The notes beneath the pieces were generated by a model that saw nothing but the letters and a program-made list of their open reading frames with translations, was not told where the DNA came from and ran no database searches. A DNA stretch of 64,000 nucleotides from Terrimicrobiaceae bacterium. Lineage in GTDB: Bacteria; Verrucomicrobiota; Verrucomicrobiia; Chthoniobacterales; JAATET01. The stretch spans positions 1,572 through 65,571 of the forward strand of contig JAQTOP010000008.1 in assembly GCA_028713285.1 (NCBI GenBank). The letters run 5' to 3'. A program made the position numbers and the translations under genes. How positions within the stretch are numbered: position 1 is the stretch's first letter; every line of letters begins with the position of its first letter. Below are positions 1-9,408 of the stretch, in pieces.

Positions 1-643
1 CGGTTGCTCCCGCCATGATCGATGCGCCGTGGAGCCGATACTTCACAAGTGGCCGCCGCAGGGAAATGACTGGAAATTCCGCCGCCACCCGCGTCCACAA
101 ATCCATGTCCTCGCAGGCGGGCCGCTCGCGATAGCCGCCGAAGCGCTCGGTCACGATGCTGCGCCGAAACAAAGCGCTGCCGTGCGCAAAGGGCGCGCGA
201 AAGCACATATCCCACGCCACCAGATCGGCGTGGCCGCCCGTTCGCCACCGCCCGCGGTATCGACCTGCGTCATCGACCAGCCACGCGTCGGCACCGATGA
301 GAGGCACGGCGGGATTGCCCCGCGCGACGGCGATTTGCGCGGCCAGCCTGCCGGGCGCGCTCAGATCGTCCGCATCCTGCCGGGCGATCCATTCGCCCCG
401 CGCCTCGGCCAGGCCTCGATTGAGTGTCGCCACGAGGCCCAGATTGCGCTCGTTTCTCAACACGCGCACACGGGAATCGCGCACGGAAGCGAGCTCATCC
501 GGCGATCCATCCGTGGAGCCATCATCGATCGCCAGCACCTCAAAATCGCAAAATCGCTGGCGCAGGATGCTTTCCACGGCTGCGCGCAAATACCGCCCGC
601 CATTGAAAACCGGCAGCAGCACGGTGACCGCAGGATCGTTCAT
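1..643 (-). CDS. Glycosyltransferase family 2, partial (C-terminus runs off the left edge)
   Basis: Not in the ORF track because it is open at the window edge. My reverse-complement read from the ATG at 643..641 gives MNDPAVTVLLPVFNGGRYLRAAVESILRQRFCDFEVLAIDDGSTDGSPDELASV, the canonical GT2 N-terminal signature. The sequence tcat at 640-643 is an ATGA overlap with the upstream gene's stop. Confidence 0.8.
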   Translation of the reverse strand, partial: MNDPAVTVLLPVFNGGRYLRAAVESILRQRFCDFEVLAIDDGSTDGSPDELASVRDSRVRVLRNERNLGLVATLNRGLAEARGEWIARQDADDLSAPGRLAAQIAVARGNPAVPLIGADAWLVDDAGRYRGRWRTGGHADLVAWDMCFRAPFAHGSALFRRSIVTERFGGYRERPACEDMDLWTRVAAEFPVISLRRPLVKYRLHGASIMAGAT

Positions 644-1806
644 CGCGCACGCTTCGCGAGCTGGCCCGCGAAGATCTCGGCGTGCCGGTCCACCCATTTC
701 TCCCGGTCGAAATTCGCTTCCGCACGCGCCCGCGCCGCACGCGCAAACTGGCCGTGCCGCTCCATGATCCCGGCCACGGCATCCGCCACACGTTCTGCGT
801 CGGGGGCATGATCGCGCGTCCAGTCATCCGGCACATCGACCAGCCTGCCCGCTTCCCCGCCGACGAGCTCCGGCATGCCGCCGCTGCGCGATCCCACGAC
901 GGGCACACCGCAGGCCATTGCCTCGATGGGCACCGTGGGACACGGATCGTTGTATTTCGGGTGCAGCAGGACGTGCGCCTGCCGGTAGATCGCCGGCGCC
1001 TCCTCCTGCGTAAAGCGTGGAAGCAACCGCACCTGATCGGACAGGCCAGCCCGCTTGATGCAGTCGGCAACCTGGCGCGCGCCTCCCTCCCAGCGAAACT
1101 CGCCGGCAATCGTCAATCGCACCGACATTCCGCGATGCATCAATGCCGCGAGCGCATCAAGCGATGCGCGCACCCGATAGAACGCATGATTCGTTCCCAT
1201 CGCGAGCAACTCCCACACGTTCGCCGGCGGCGGTTGCGAGCCGGGAGTGAATCGCGCAAGGTTCACGGGATTCCATAGCACCTCGGATGGCGCATCCACC
1301 CGGCCGAGGTAGCGATCCGCGCAGTCCCGGCAAAACGCGCTTTGATAGACGACGTGGTCCGCCTGCGCGATCAAGCGCCGCATCGGCTCGTTGAACCATG
1401 GATAACCCGGACCGCACCACGCGGGATACGCGACGCCATTTTGATTCCACACGATCGCGATCCCCCGCCGCTTCGCCCACGCCGCGAGTTCGCCGGCGTG
1501 CGGCACGAGATGGAGCACGCTGCTCACGAGATACAGCACGTTGAATCCCTCCGCCGCCTCGCCGAATCGCTCGCGCAAATGCTCCAGCTTCACCCCTCCG
1601 CCGATCCGCGTTTCCTCCGCGCGCGGCGGCGGTTCGATCCAGCCGAAGTTGAGGCGGATGCCCTCTTTCGCAGGCGGCGGCAATGCCTCCAGCTGCCGGC
1701 GAAATGCCGCGCGGCCTGGCGCATGGTAAAGCTCGCCGGCCCTCGCGATGGCCTCCCGCATCGCCCAATCGAGCGCCGGCACGGGCTCGACGATTCTCAC
1801 GCCCAT
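640..1806 (-). CDS. Glycosyltransferase family 1 (GT4-like, GT-B fold)
   Basis: C-terminal motif EAMACGVPVVGSRSGGMPELV...GRLV is typical of GT1. The ORF-track start at 1908 overlaps the upstream sulfotransferase. ATG at 1806 (MGVRIVEP) or GTG at 1800 (a GTGA overlap) is more likely. Confidence 0.8.
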   Translation of the reverse strand: MGVRIVEPVPALDWAMREAIARAGELYHAPGRAAFRRQLEALPPPAKEGIRLNFGWIEPPPRAEETRIGGGVKLEHLRERFGEAAEGFNVLYLVSSVLHLVPHAGELAAWAKRRGIAIVWNQNGVAYPAWCGPGYPWFNEPMRRLIAQADHVVYQSAFCRDCADRYLGRVDAPSEVLWNPVNLARFTPGSQPPPANVWELLAMGTNHAFYRVRASLDALAALMHRGMSVRLTIAGEFRWEGGARQVADCIKRAGLSDQVRLLPRFTQEEAPAIYRQAHVLLHPKYNDPCPTVPIEAMACGVPVVGSRSGGMPELVGGEAGRLVDVPDDWTRDHAPDAERVADAVAGIMERHGQFARAARARAEANFDREKWVDRHAEIFAGQLAKRAR

Positions 1807-2612
1807 GGCAAATCGCGTCCGAGCAAGCGGGAAAGCTCGCGATTGCGCGGCGCATAGAATGCCCTCAACTCCGCCTCGATTTCGGCCGGCATGGACTCCG
1901 CGTAGCATCCTTCGCGCGAGACCGGCAACGGCGGAATGTCCGCCTCCGGCAAACGGATGTGGTGGAGCACGGCGCGCGTCGTCCCAAGCGGATCGGCAAA
2001 AAATTCCTCACTGATGAGAAAGAGACATTGTTCACGCGGAAAGACCGCCAGCCAGCGCTCGAGGGCGCGCGCATACCACCCGCACAGCACGTAGCGCGCG
2101 GGATGCCACGCCTGGCGCGCGGCCGCATCGACCAGCGGATACACGGAGGGCTCGTCGAGCCAGCGCATCGCACGACGCACGGTCGTCGAGAAATCGGCGG
2201 TGTCGGTGCCAAATTTCCGAAACATCTGGTAGTCGGACCATGCACGCACGACCGGATCGCGGAAGAGAAAGACGAGCCGGGCATTCGGCAGGACATCATG
2301 CACGTTCCGGGGCGCGACGGGATTCGTGAAGTATTCCACGCTGCCATCGCCGACGATGAAGTTGGCCCCCGGCCATCGAATCGGATAATTCATGGCGGCG
2401 CGGAGGCGGCTGCCGGGCCAGTGCACGAAATTCGTCGGCTCCTTGCGGACGCCGCGGCGGATGCGGGGATGCGTCACGAGGAATTCGTAAAGCATCGAGG
2501 TGCCGCATTTCGGCGCGCCGGGGATCACAAACGCCGGCAGCGGCCGCAGCAATGCCGTGAACAGCCGCCACGCCTTCTCGATTTCAAAACGCAGGTCCGG
2601 TGGTCGCGTCAT
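1797..2612 (-). CDS. PAPS-dependent sulfotransferase
   Basis: 5-prime-PSB-like motif GAPKCGTSML and 3-prime-PB-like motif FRDPVVRAWSDY. ATGA overlap with the upstream stop at 2609-2612. Confidence 0.8.
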   Translation of the reverse strand: MTRPPDLRFEIEKAWRLFTALLRPLPAFVIPGAPKCGTSMLYEFLVTHPRIRRGVRKEPTNFVHWPGSRLRAAMNYPIRWPGANFIVGDGSVEYFTNPVAPRNVHDVLPNARLVFLFRDPVVRAWSDYQMFRKFGTDTADFSTTVRRAMRWLDEPSVYPLVDAAARQAWHPARYVLCGWYARALERWLAVFPREQCLFLISEEFFADPLGTTRAVLHHIRLPEADIPPLPVSREGCYAESMPAEIEAELRAFYAPRNRELSRLLGRDLPWA

Positions 2613-3715
2613 GGTTCGATCTCCCTTCGCATCCGCGCGGCCATCCTGCCGCAGACCGCCTCCCAGGTGAAGCGATCCCTTGCCATTTCGCGCCCTGCGG
2701 CGCCGAATTTTTTGCGCATCTCCGCATCCGACAAAAGCCGCCGGAGCCTGTCGGCAAGCTCATGAGGTTCGCACAGAAAGCCTGTCACACCGTCCACGAC
2801 GCGCTCGGAGTTGCCGCCCACGCGAGTCGCCACGACCGGCAGCCCTTGCGAGGCCGCCTCGGCCAGCACCGATGCCGACGGATCCATCCGGCTCGGCAGG
2901 CAAAAGACATCCGCCTGCCGGTAGAGGTCAGCCATGCGTTCCGATGCGAGCCGCCCGAGCACGCGCACGCCCGGTTCGCTCAATGCAGGCGAACACCCTG
3001 CTATCCACAGCTCGGCGTCGGAGGTCGCGGCGCGCACCGCGCGAAATGCCGCGACGAGTTCCGGCCCTCCCTTGCGCTCCCAATCCACGCCGGCAAAGAG
3101 GACGATCCGTCCGCTCCGGCGGGCATCGCCGGGCTGCGTCGCAGGCACGTTGCAGCCCGAGAACACACACTCCACGCGCTCCGGCGGCACGGAATAATCC
3201 TCGCGCAACGACCGCGCGGCGAACCCGCTCGAAACGAAATTACAATCCGCCATCGCATACAGGTCACGTTCCATCCGCCGCCATTCCGCGGCGACCGGCA
3301 ATAGCGGCCTCGGCTCGGGATAGCGCAGGTTCGCGAGATACGTGTGGTCGGTGTAAAGAAAATGCGGCACCGCGTCGTGCCGCGCATCGAAGAGCGATTG
3401 CGTCTGGAAAACGAACGCCGTTTGAGCCGGGTCGATGTTGGCCCGCACCCATTCGCGCACGGCGGCGATCACCGTGGGAATGCGAGGAAAAAAGTCCCGG
3501 GGAGGCCGGCGCTCCCGCAGGACGCGCCCGCCATACCGCAACGCCACCTCGGCCGTGGCGCGAAAACGTAGCGCGGCGCTTCGCCCGACAATGTCGCGTT
3601 CGACATCGATGGCCCTCCATTCGAGATCGGAAAATTCCCGGCGAAGGCCGTCCAGAACTGCTTCGTTGATGAGCGAAAAATCACCAATCCGAAAAAAGGC
3701 CGCGCGCCGTTTCAT
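2609..3715 (-). CDS. Glycosyltransferase family 1
   Basis: PSRMDPSASVLAEAASQGLPVVATRVGGNSERVVDGVTGFL is a GT1 EX7E-type C-terminal domain. It shares a 1-nt overlap (TGATG) with the upstream gene. Confidence 0.85.
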   Translation of the reverse strand: MKRRAAFFRIGDFSLINEAVLDGLRREFSDLEWRAIDVERDIVGRSAALRFRATAEVALRYGGRVLRERRPPRDFFPRIPTVIAAVREWVRANIDPAQTAFVFQTQSLFDARHDAVPHFLYTDHTYLANLRYPEPRPLLPVAAEWRRMERDLYAMADCNFVSSGFAARSLREDYSVPPERVECVFSGCNVPATQPGDARRSGRIVLFAGVDWERKGGPELVAAFRAVRAATSDAELWIAGCSPALSEPGVRVLGRLASERMADLYRQADVFCLPSRMDPSASVLAEAASQGLPVVATRVGGNSERVVDGVTGFLCEPHELADRLRRLLSDAEMRKKFGAAGREMARDRFTWEAVCGRMAARMRREIEP

Positions 3716-4827
3716 CAGTTCGAGCGGGCGCAGGTTTCCCCGATCCAGGCCGCATGCCGCTCCGCGACGACACCCGTTTCGTAATGCTGCCGCACCGCTT
3801 CGAAGGCGGCGCGCCCCCCTTCGCGCAAGCGTGAGGAATCCGACAGAAACCCGTCGAAAGCGGATATCCAGTCGGCGAAGGTCTCGCAGAGGGAAACTGC
3901 GTCCGGCTCGGACCGCTCAGCGGCATCGACATAACTCGGCACCGGGCTCGCGATGGCGGGCAGGCCGCATGCCATGCCGAGGGTGATTTTCCATTCGGTG
4001 TGCGAAAGGTTGTATGGCACGTCGAGAAAGCGCGGGGAGACGATCACTCCGCCCGTGGCGTAGAGCCCAAACAGATGTGGAATGTCGCGATAGCGATGCA
4101 GCGCGTGCGGCACGCGACCCAGAAATCGGCCGAACCGTTCGCGCACCTCGACGGGCCAGCGCTTCGCGGCCGTTTCGATATCGTCGGTGACGAGCTGTAG
4201 ATGAATCCGGTCTGCGAGTGCAAGGAACGCCTCCTCCGCCGCGAGGAACTCGAAGAGCTTCGCCGCCGTGCCGCTCCACCAGACCTGCAGTCGGCCATCG
4301 CGAATCGGCTGCGCCTCCGCCGCTGCCGGACGCAGCCGCAGATTCACATTGTCGGGCACCCACGTCGCGGCGGAATTGAAGCTGCGGCACACCTCCGTGA
4401 GCCTGCGCGAGGAGCCGATCACCGCGTCGGCGAGTTCCGTGATCTCGACGGCGTCCCTGCGCTGCGAAGCGCCTGGCGCCATGGCGTCGAGGCGCGCCTC
4501 GCCCTCGAAGCGCGTGTAATAATCGACGTTCGCCTCGAATAGGACCCGCGTTCCCTCACCTTTCAGTCGCCGGGCAAGCGCGAGGCAGGCCGGTCCCATC
4601 GACTTGAGGAAAACCACGGCGTCGTAGCTCCTCCACGGCCGGTAGAGTTCATACCGCCAGCCGGAGTTCGCCGCCCGCAGCGCGTCGGCAATCCAGCGAA
4701 AGCGCATCAGTCCCATCGGCGAGGCCGCGTCGTCCCAGCCGGATACCAGCGCCAGCGGCGGCATGCCCGTGCGAAGCGAGGCCACGCCAGGCACCCGGCT
4801 GTTGATGATGAACCCGACTCGCTTCAC
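3715..4827 (-). CDS. Putative GT-B fold glycosyltransferase (divergent)
   Basis: The C-terminal half (SPRFLDVPYNLSHTEWKITLGMACGLPAIASPVPSY) resembles a GT1 donor-binding domain. The first 186 aa of the 556-aa track ORF overlap the upstream gene and are Arg/Pro-rich junk. GTG at 4827 gives a GTGA overlap with the stop at 4824. Confidence 0.55.
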   Translation of the reverse strand: MKRVGFIINSRVPGVASLRTGMPPLALVSGWDDAASPMGLMRFRWIADALRAANSGWRYELYRPWRSYDAVVFLKSMGPACLALARRLKGEGTRVLFEANVDYYTRFEGEARLDAMAPGASQRRDAVEITELADAVIGSSRRLTEVCRSFNSAATWVPDNVNLRLRPAAAEAQPIRDGRLQVWWSGTAAKLFEFLAAEEAFLALADRIHLQLVTDDIETAAKRWPVEVRERFGRFLGRVPHALHRYRDIPHLFGLYATGGVIVSPRFLDVPYNLSHTEWKITLGMACGLPAIASPVPSYVDAAERSEPDAVSLCETFADWISAFDGFLSDSSRLREGGRAAFEAVRQHYETGVVAERHAAWIGETCARSN

Positions 4828-5621
4828 GGGCGGCTCGAAAGAAAGGCGGCGATGCGCTCCGCAACCAGTGGGCCGCGCGCGTATTTCTGCTCCTTCCAAT
4901 CCGCCCCGGAGCGGCCGCCGGCCATGGCGCGGAGCCGCGCGAGGAGCTTGCCGACGGTCCAAGCGCGGCGGTCCATGATGTTGCGTCGCGGGCGCCCTCC
5001 GGCGGCATCCCGCGACGAGCGATCGAGAAAGCAAAGGTGCAGGCAGCGAAAATCCGAGTCGTCCCAATTCGACCGGTCGTGAAGATTCAGGCGCTGCGAG
5101 GCAGCAAAGCCGGGGCGAAAGCGGATGTCGCCGCCGTGCAGACGCTCTACGATTTTTCCATCCCACGAATCGATCGCCGCGAAGTTGTAGAGCTTCGTCA
5201 TGCTGCGGCAGGGCGGCGCGAGATGGCCCTCGGCCCGGGCCGCGGCGAGGTCGAGCCGTTTGACGTTGAGCACATTTCCAAATACCGCCCACCACGCATC
5301 GAACTCCCCCGCCTCCAGGCGCGCCCTCAGCCGCGCAAGGCCGGCGGGGTCGTAAATCTCGTCGCCGTCCACGCCGAAGATCCACGTCGCCGTGCCGGCA
5401 TATCGTTCGATCATCCGGTGCGATTCTGCGGAGTCGCGGCAGCGGCGCAAGGTCAGCTTGCGGCCATATTCCCGGGCGAGCCGCCCGAGCACGACGGGGG
5501 TTTCGTCACTCGATTCGTGGTCGCACACGAGGAACTCGTCGCAGAAATCCATCGCGCTGCGAATCGCCCACTCCACGAAGCGGTCTTCGTCGCGCACGAG
5601 CATGATACCGACGATCTTCAC
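4824..5621 (-). CDS. GT2-like glycosyltransferase (GT-A fold)
   Basis: MKIVGIMLVRDEDRFVEWAIRSAMDFCDEFLVCDHESSDETP and a later GVDGDE motif. GTG start at 5621 in a GTGA overlap. Confidence 0.7.
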   Translation of the reverse strand: MKIVGIMLVRDEDRFVEWAIRSAMDFCDEFLVCDHESSDETPVVLGRLAREYGRKLTLRRCRDSAESHRMIERYAGTATWIFGVDGDEIYDPAGLARLRARLEAGEFDAWWAVFGNVLNVKRLDLAAARAEGHLAPPCRSMTKLYNFAAIDSWDGKIVERLHGGDIRFRPGFAASQRLNLHDRSNWDDSDFRCLHLCFLDRSSRDAAGGRPRRNIMDRRAWTVGKLLARLRAMAGGRSGADWKEQKYARGPLVAERIAAFLSSRP

Positions 5622-6493
5622 TCGAAGGTCAGCCGCTGGATCGCCTCAACCCAGTCGTTGCGCCCCACCAGGCTGAGGAAAAAAAGCGCATTGCGATTGA
5701 CGGCGCCCTTGCGCATGAGCCCGCTCCAGATCAGCGGATAGGGCCCGTGGTAGTAATGATGAGCGCCAAGGATGCGCTCGTCCACAGCCGCGCGCTCCGT
5801 CTCGCCGGCGAACTTTCTCACGAGGAAGCGATACAAATCGGTCGCGCTCTTGAACCGTTCGAGCCGTCCGGGATACGGGATGGCTGCATGCGCCCGCCCT
5901 TCGATGCGGTAGCTGTGCATCGTGAGCTCCGCCGGGAGACCCGCATCCTTCGCTCCTCCGCGCCGCTCAAACGCCCATGGCGTGTGCTCGGACTCGGGCA
6001 GGCCCGCGATCAACCGGTCGAGCAGATCGCGCAACGCATCGAGCCTCCACAGCGCGGGATGAAGCGGATATTTCCACAGCGTATCCGGAAGGCACCGATC
6101 GAGCTGCCAGTCGCGCCACTTCACCACTTTGCCGTTTGTCGCGCGCCCCTGCCCGTAGCCCGACAAGGAAATGCTCACCGCGCCGAGCTCGCGCATCATT
6201 GCAGGCAGCGTCTCGTTCAAATGCGCGGCGTGGCAACGCCCAAGCGGCGGGTGGTCGTCGAGAATAAGGTAGGCCTGCGCAAAGCCGTCGGCCATCAATG
6301 CGTCGCACGCGGACCGCACGACCTTCATCCAGTCGCGCGGATCGTCGTGCAGCGGCAGCGCGCAGGGATCGCCCGAGATCCCGCAGAGCCGCAGGGGCGG
6401 AGCGTCTTTCCAAAACTCTTGAATCCGCGCCCGGGTGAAATCCGTAAGCGACCGGTATTTCTCGCAGGTCGAAATGAGGATGCAGGTGTTCAC
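5618..6493 (-). CDS. Hypothetical protein inside the glycosyltransferase string (possible GT-A-like, LILDDHP)
   Basis: Coherent 291-aa ORF starting at GTG 6493 (GTGA overlap with the stop at 6490). I recognise no family. CILISTCEKY ... AYLILDDHPP is loosely reminiscent of a nucleotide-sugar transferase core. Confidence 0.5.
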   Translation of the reverse strand: MNTCILISTCEKYRSLTDFTRARIQEFWKDAPPLRLCGISGDPCALPLHDDPRDWMKVVRSACDALMADGFAQAYLILDDHPPLGRCHAAHLNETLPAMMRELGAVSISLSGYGQGRATNGKVVKWRDWQLDRCLPDTLWKYPLHPALWRLDALRDLLDRLIAGLPESEHTPWAFERRGGAKDAGLPAELTMHSYRIEGRAHAAIPYPGRLERFKSATDLYRFLVRKFAGETERAAVDERILGAHHYYHGPYPLIWSGLMRKGAVNRNALFFLSLVGRNDWVEAIQRLTFE

Positions 6494-7470
6494 AGCCGCC
6501 CCGATTCCACCGCGAGCCGTTGGATGGTGTCCGCAAATTCGAGCACCATGCACTCGCCGGACGGCATCTGTTCCAGCAGGCGATGGCGCAAGTCGGCAAG
6601 CCGCACAATGGCCTTGCGGATCGCTCCCGCGACGTCGTCACGAAAGCCGATTCCGTAGCGCATGCCCGCCTCGACGATGCCACCGCCGTCCTCGTGATAC
6701 ACGAGCGGCAGGCCGCACTGCGCGCCCTCGACGTGGTGCATGCCGCACGGCTCCCAGCGCGAGGCCGTGAGGTAGAGATGGCATTCGCGCAGCTTCGCCG
6801 CGAGCGGCGGGCCGGTCATCGGCGCGAGCGTCTCCGTCGCCTTCCAGCGGATTTCCTCCGGCCAGCGGCCGATCACCCGAAATGCCACGCCGGGAAGCGC
6901 ACCCGTCGCGATGATGTCATCGACGCGCTGATAGACGTCGTAGCCCTTGAGCCAGTGCGCGGACCAATGGTGGGTGACGACGCGCACCGTTTCGCCCGGC
7001 CCCGGCAGGTGATTGCCAATCGGATGATACACGCGCGGATCGGCGCCATTGTAAATCACCGCATGCGGAAGGGTCGGGTCGAACCATTTCGCGCTGAAGT
7101 AATCGCGCAGCCACTCGGAGATGAAAACGGTGTGGTCCGCGAGCGCGTTCGTCCGGCGCAGCAGCTCGTCGATGTCGTCAGTGCCCTTGCGCTGATCGCA
7201 TTCATTGATCCGGTGCAGGATGGGCACCTGCGGATGCCTCTCGCGAAAGTTTTCCAGTTCCGCCAGACCGAATCGCTTTGCGCGGTGGTCCCGGCGGGGG
7301 TCGATCACGAGCACGACATCCGGATCGCGATTCAGATCGAAAACGACGCGCCACCCGCGCCGCCACATGCAACTCGCAAGCTGGGATACGAACGGACTTG
7401 CACCGCCCCAAGAAGAGCGCGTGGGCACGAGGCTGATCGCCAGCGTGGGTTTGGGTTTGGAAAAAAACAT
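6490..7470 (-). CDS. Putative GT-B fold glycosyltransferase (GT1-like)
   Basis: TASRWEPCGMHHVEGAQCGLPLVYHEDGGGIVE resembles a GT1 C-terminal domain. ATG at 7470 (MFFSKPKP). The upstream part of the 449-aa track ORF overlaps the next gene. Confidence 0.6.
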   Translation of the reverse strand: MFFSKPKPTLAISLVPTRSSWGGASPFVSQLASCMWRRGWRVVFDLNRDPDVVLVIDPRRDHRAKRFGLAELENFRERHPQVPILHRINECDQRKGTDDIDELLRRTNALADHTVFISEWLRDYFSAKWFDPTLPHAVIYNGADPRVYHPIGNHLPGPGETVRVVTHHWSAHWLKGYDVYQRVDDIIATGALPGVAFRVIGRWPEEIRWKATETLAPMTGPPLAAKLRECHLYLTASRWEPCGMHHVEGAQCGLPLVYHEDGGGIVEAGMRYGIGFRDDVAGAIRKAIVRLADLRHRLLEQMPSGECMVLEFADTIQRLAVESGRL

Positions 7471-7477
7471 CGTGAAA

Positions 7478-8566
7478 TCAGCTCGCTGGATCGGCCGGGC
7501 CAAACAACGCACCGAGCCGCGAAGCGAAGTCTTCGATGCGTCCGTGCCGGAGCACAGCCTCGCGCGCGGAGCGGCCAATCTGCTCGCGGAGAGCCGGGTC
7601 GTCCAGCAAGCGTTGCACAAGTTCGCGAAGGACGTCGAACGATGCCGGCGGAACCAGCAGCAGATCGCGGCCGTCCAGATAATCGCCGCCGGTCCACAGC
7701 CCGCGGGTGCGCGTGAGGATGACGGGCCGCCCGCACGCCATCGCCTGCAACGCGACGCTCTGACCCGAGGGCTGGATCGAATCCTCGAGCGGGACGACGA
7801 CCGCCAGGGCCCGCCGATAAAGGTCGCGCAGCTCTTCATCCGTCACCGCCGGCGCGTGCCAGGAGCCGCTCAAATGCTCGACGTGGGCGGGCAGCGGCCG
7901 CGGCAAGGGGCGCGCGGTCACGATCTTCACCGGGATGGCGAATTTTGCGATGGCCGCAATCAACGTCGCATAGTCGCGGCGGCCATCGTTGCCCACCGCG
8001 AGGAGAAACTCCCCTTCGCGGGAGGCGGGCGACCAGAAATTCACGTCCACGCCAAAGGGATTCGCGTGAAGGCGGGCGGGTTCGACGCCGCACTGGCGGA
8101 TCGTTTCGTCGCGCTCCGAGCCGGCGAAAAGCACCACCTCCTGGCAGCTCATCGCGCGCCGGGTCGCACGCCGCCTGGCCCCGGCAAGCGCGTAGTTCAC
8201 GTGCCCGCAATGGATGCCCACGAGTTTGCCGCGAAAAAATCCAAGCCGCTTCCAGAGCGCGAGCGCATTCGCGTGCGATGTGGAAGCCGCCACGACGACA
8301 TCGGCCGATCGCAAGCGGTGGAGCACCCGGGCCGTTGCGACGAGATGCTCTCCCCGGGTGCGCGCGGGAGTGCGCGCGCCGAACAGCTTGTTGCACACGG
8401 CGGCGAGCAGCGAGCGCCCCGGGTCGGGCGCGTCGATGCACAGAATCTCGTTCCCGTTGCGCGCCAGCTCGACCGCGCCATAAAAAAAATCGGACGGCGC
8501 GCGCCCGTTCAGCGCCGCCGTCCACCGGACCTCCCGTCCCCCCGCATAAACAAAGGCGATCCTCAC
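7478..8566 (-). CDS. Glycosyltransferase family 1
   Basis: VPLEDSIQPSGQSVALQAMACGRPVILTRTRG, a GT1-like domain. GTG at 8566 (VRIAFVYAGG) forms a GTGA overlap with the stop at 8563. Confidence 0.75.
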   Translation of the reverse strand: MRIAFVYAGGREVRWTAALNGRAPSDFFYGAVELARNGNEILCIDAPDPGRSLLAAVCNKLFGARTPARTRGEHLVATARVLHRLRSADVVVAASTSHANALALWKRLGFFRGKLVGIHCGHVNYALAGARRRATRRAMSCQEVVLFAGSERDETIRQCGVEPARLHANPFGVDVNFWSPASREGEFLLAVGNDGRRDYATLIAAIAKFAIPVKIVTARPLPRPLPAHVEHLSGSWHAPAVTDEELRDLYRRALAVVVPLEDSIQPSGQSVALQAMACGRPVILTRTRGLWTGGDYLDGRDLLLVPPASFDVLRELVQRLLDDPALREQIGRSAREAVLRHGRIEDFASRLGALFGPADPAS

Positions 8567-9408
8567 GTGCGGCCCATCCGGAGTATTCGACGCTTCACGA
8601 AACGAAGCATCCGCTCCGCCCAAACAAACGGAGCGGCAACGGCATGAATCGACGCGCCCACCAGACGTCCCGGTCGCGACAGAATCGTGAAATGTGCCGC
8701 CGTGAGCTGCAATGCGCCGGGAAGGAAAAGGCGAATCCGCCGGCTGGCATTCACCCAGCGCTCCAGTTCCGCCATGTCGGGCCCGCGTCCGTGAATGATG
8801 CGCACGGTGCAGCGGCCAACCGCCGCCGGCATGACGGTGCGCAGGTTGTATTCCGGCGTGAGCACAAACATCGACACCGTCGAGCGCCAGAGGGCCTCGC
8901 GAAAGGCGGGCTGGTCGCTGTCCAGTCTTCCCGTTTTCCGAACCTCCTCTTCGTAGATGCGCTGCCATCTCGAGAGCAGGCTGTCGATTGAAGCTGTTTT
9001 TCGATACGCGATGACGCCGGTGTTCAACTCGCAGAAGCTCGCCGGCGCGACGAAGGGCCGGTCGTGCCGATACGGCGCATGGGCGACGGCGATTTCGACC
9101 CGGTCGAGCAGGTCGAACAAATCGTCGATCGGAGCGCAGACGCGCGTATCGGTGTCGAGAAAGACCGTGCGCTCGAAAGGCGTCTCACGCATCGGTACGA
9201 TCTTGTCCATGAACGAATGCCGAGGATTTTCGAGCGGGCGCACGTCCGCAAACAGCGAGGCGGAGAGTCCGCCTTGATCGGTATAAACGACGATCGGCGC
9301 GTCGGGCATGTGCCGCTTGAGCGATTCCGCGGACTCGATCATCTCAGCCGTGTGCCGCGCGCCCGTCGCCACATAGAGGAAGCCCCGGCTCGATTGCGAA
9401 GCCGTCAT
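8563..9408 (-). CDS. Putative GT-A fold nucleotide-diphospho-sugar transferase (GT8-like, DTD motif)
   Basis: FLYVATGARHTAEMIESAESLKRH...VFLDTDTRVCAPIDDLF. ATG at 9408 in an ATGA overlap. Confidence 0.5.
   Translation of the reverse strand: MTASQSSRGFLYVATGARHTAEMIESAESLKRHMPDAPIVVYTDQGGLSASLFADVRPLENPRHSFMDKIVPMRETPFERTVFLDTDTRVCAPIDDLFDLLDRVEIAVAHAPYRHDRPFVAPASFCELNTGVIAYRKTASIDSLLSRWQRIYEEEVRKTGRLDSDQPAFREALWRSTVSMFVLTPEYNLRTVMPAAVGRCTVRIIHGRGPDMAELERWVNASRRIRLFLPGALQLTAAHFTILSRPGRLVGASIHAVAAPFVWAERMLRFVKRRILRMGRT

Noticed and set aside
3715-5385. Long 5-prime extensions of track ORFs. Examples are the 556-aa version here, 17212..19185, 16520..17899, 38754..41150, 7478..8968, 8563..9804, 6490..7839, 9405..10364, 59407..61716, 54372..56429 and 53222..54268.
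   Set aside because: The extended N-terminal parts overlap the preceding well-supported gene in another frame. They are low-complexity and Arg/Pro-rich. An internal ATG or GTG sits exactly at a 4-nt overlap with the upstream stop, and the trimmed proteins have normal family lengths.
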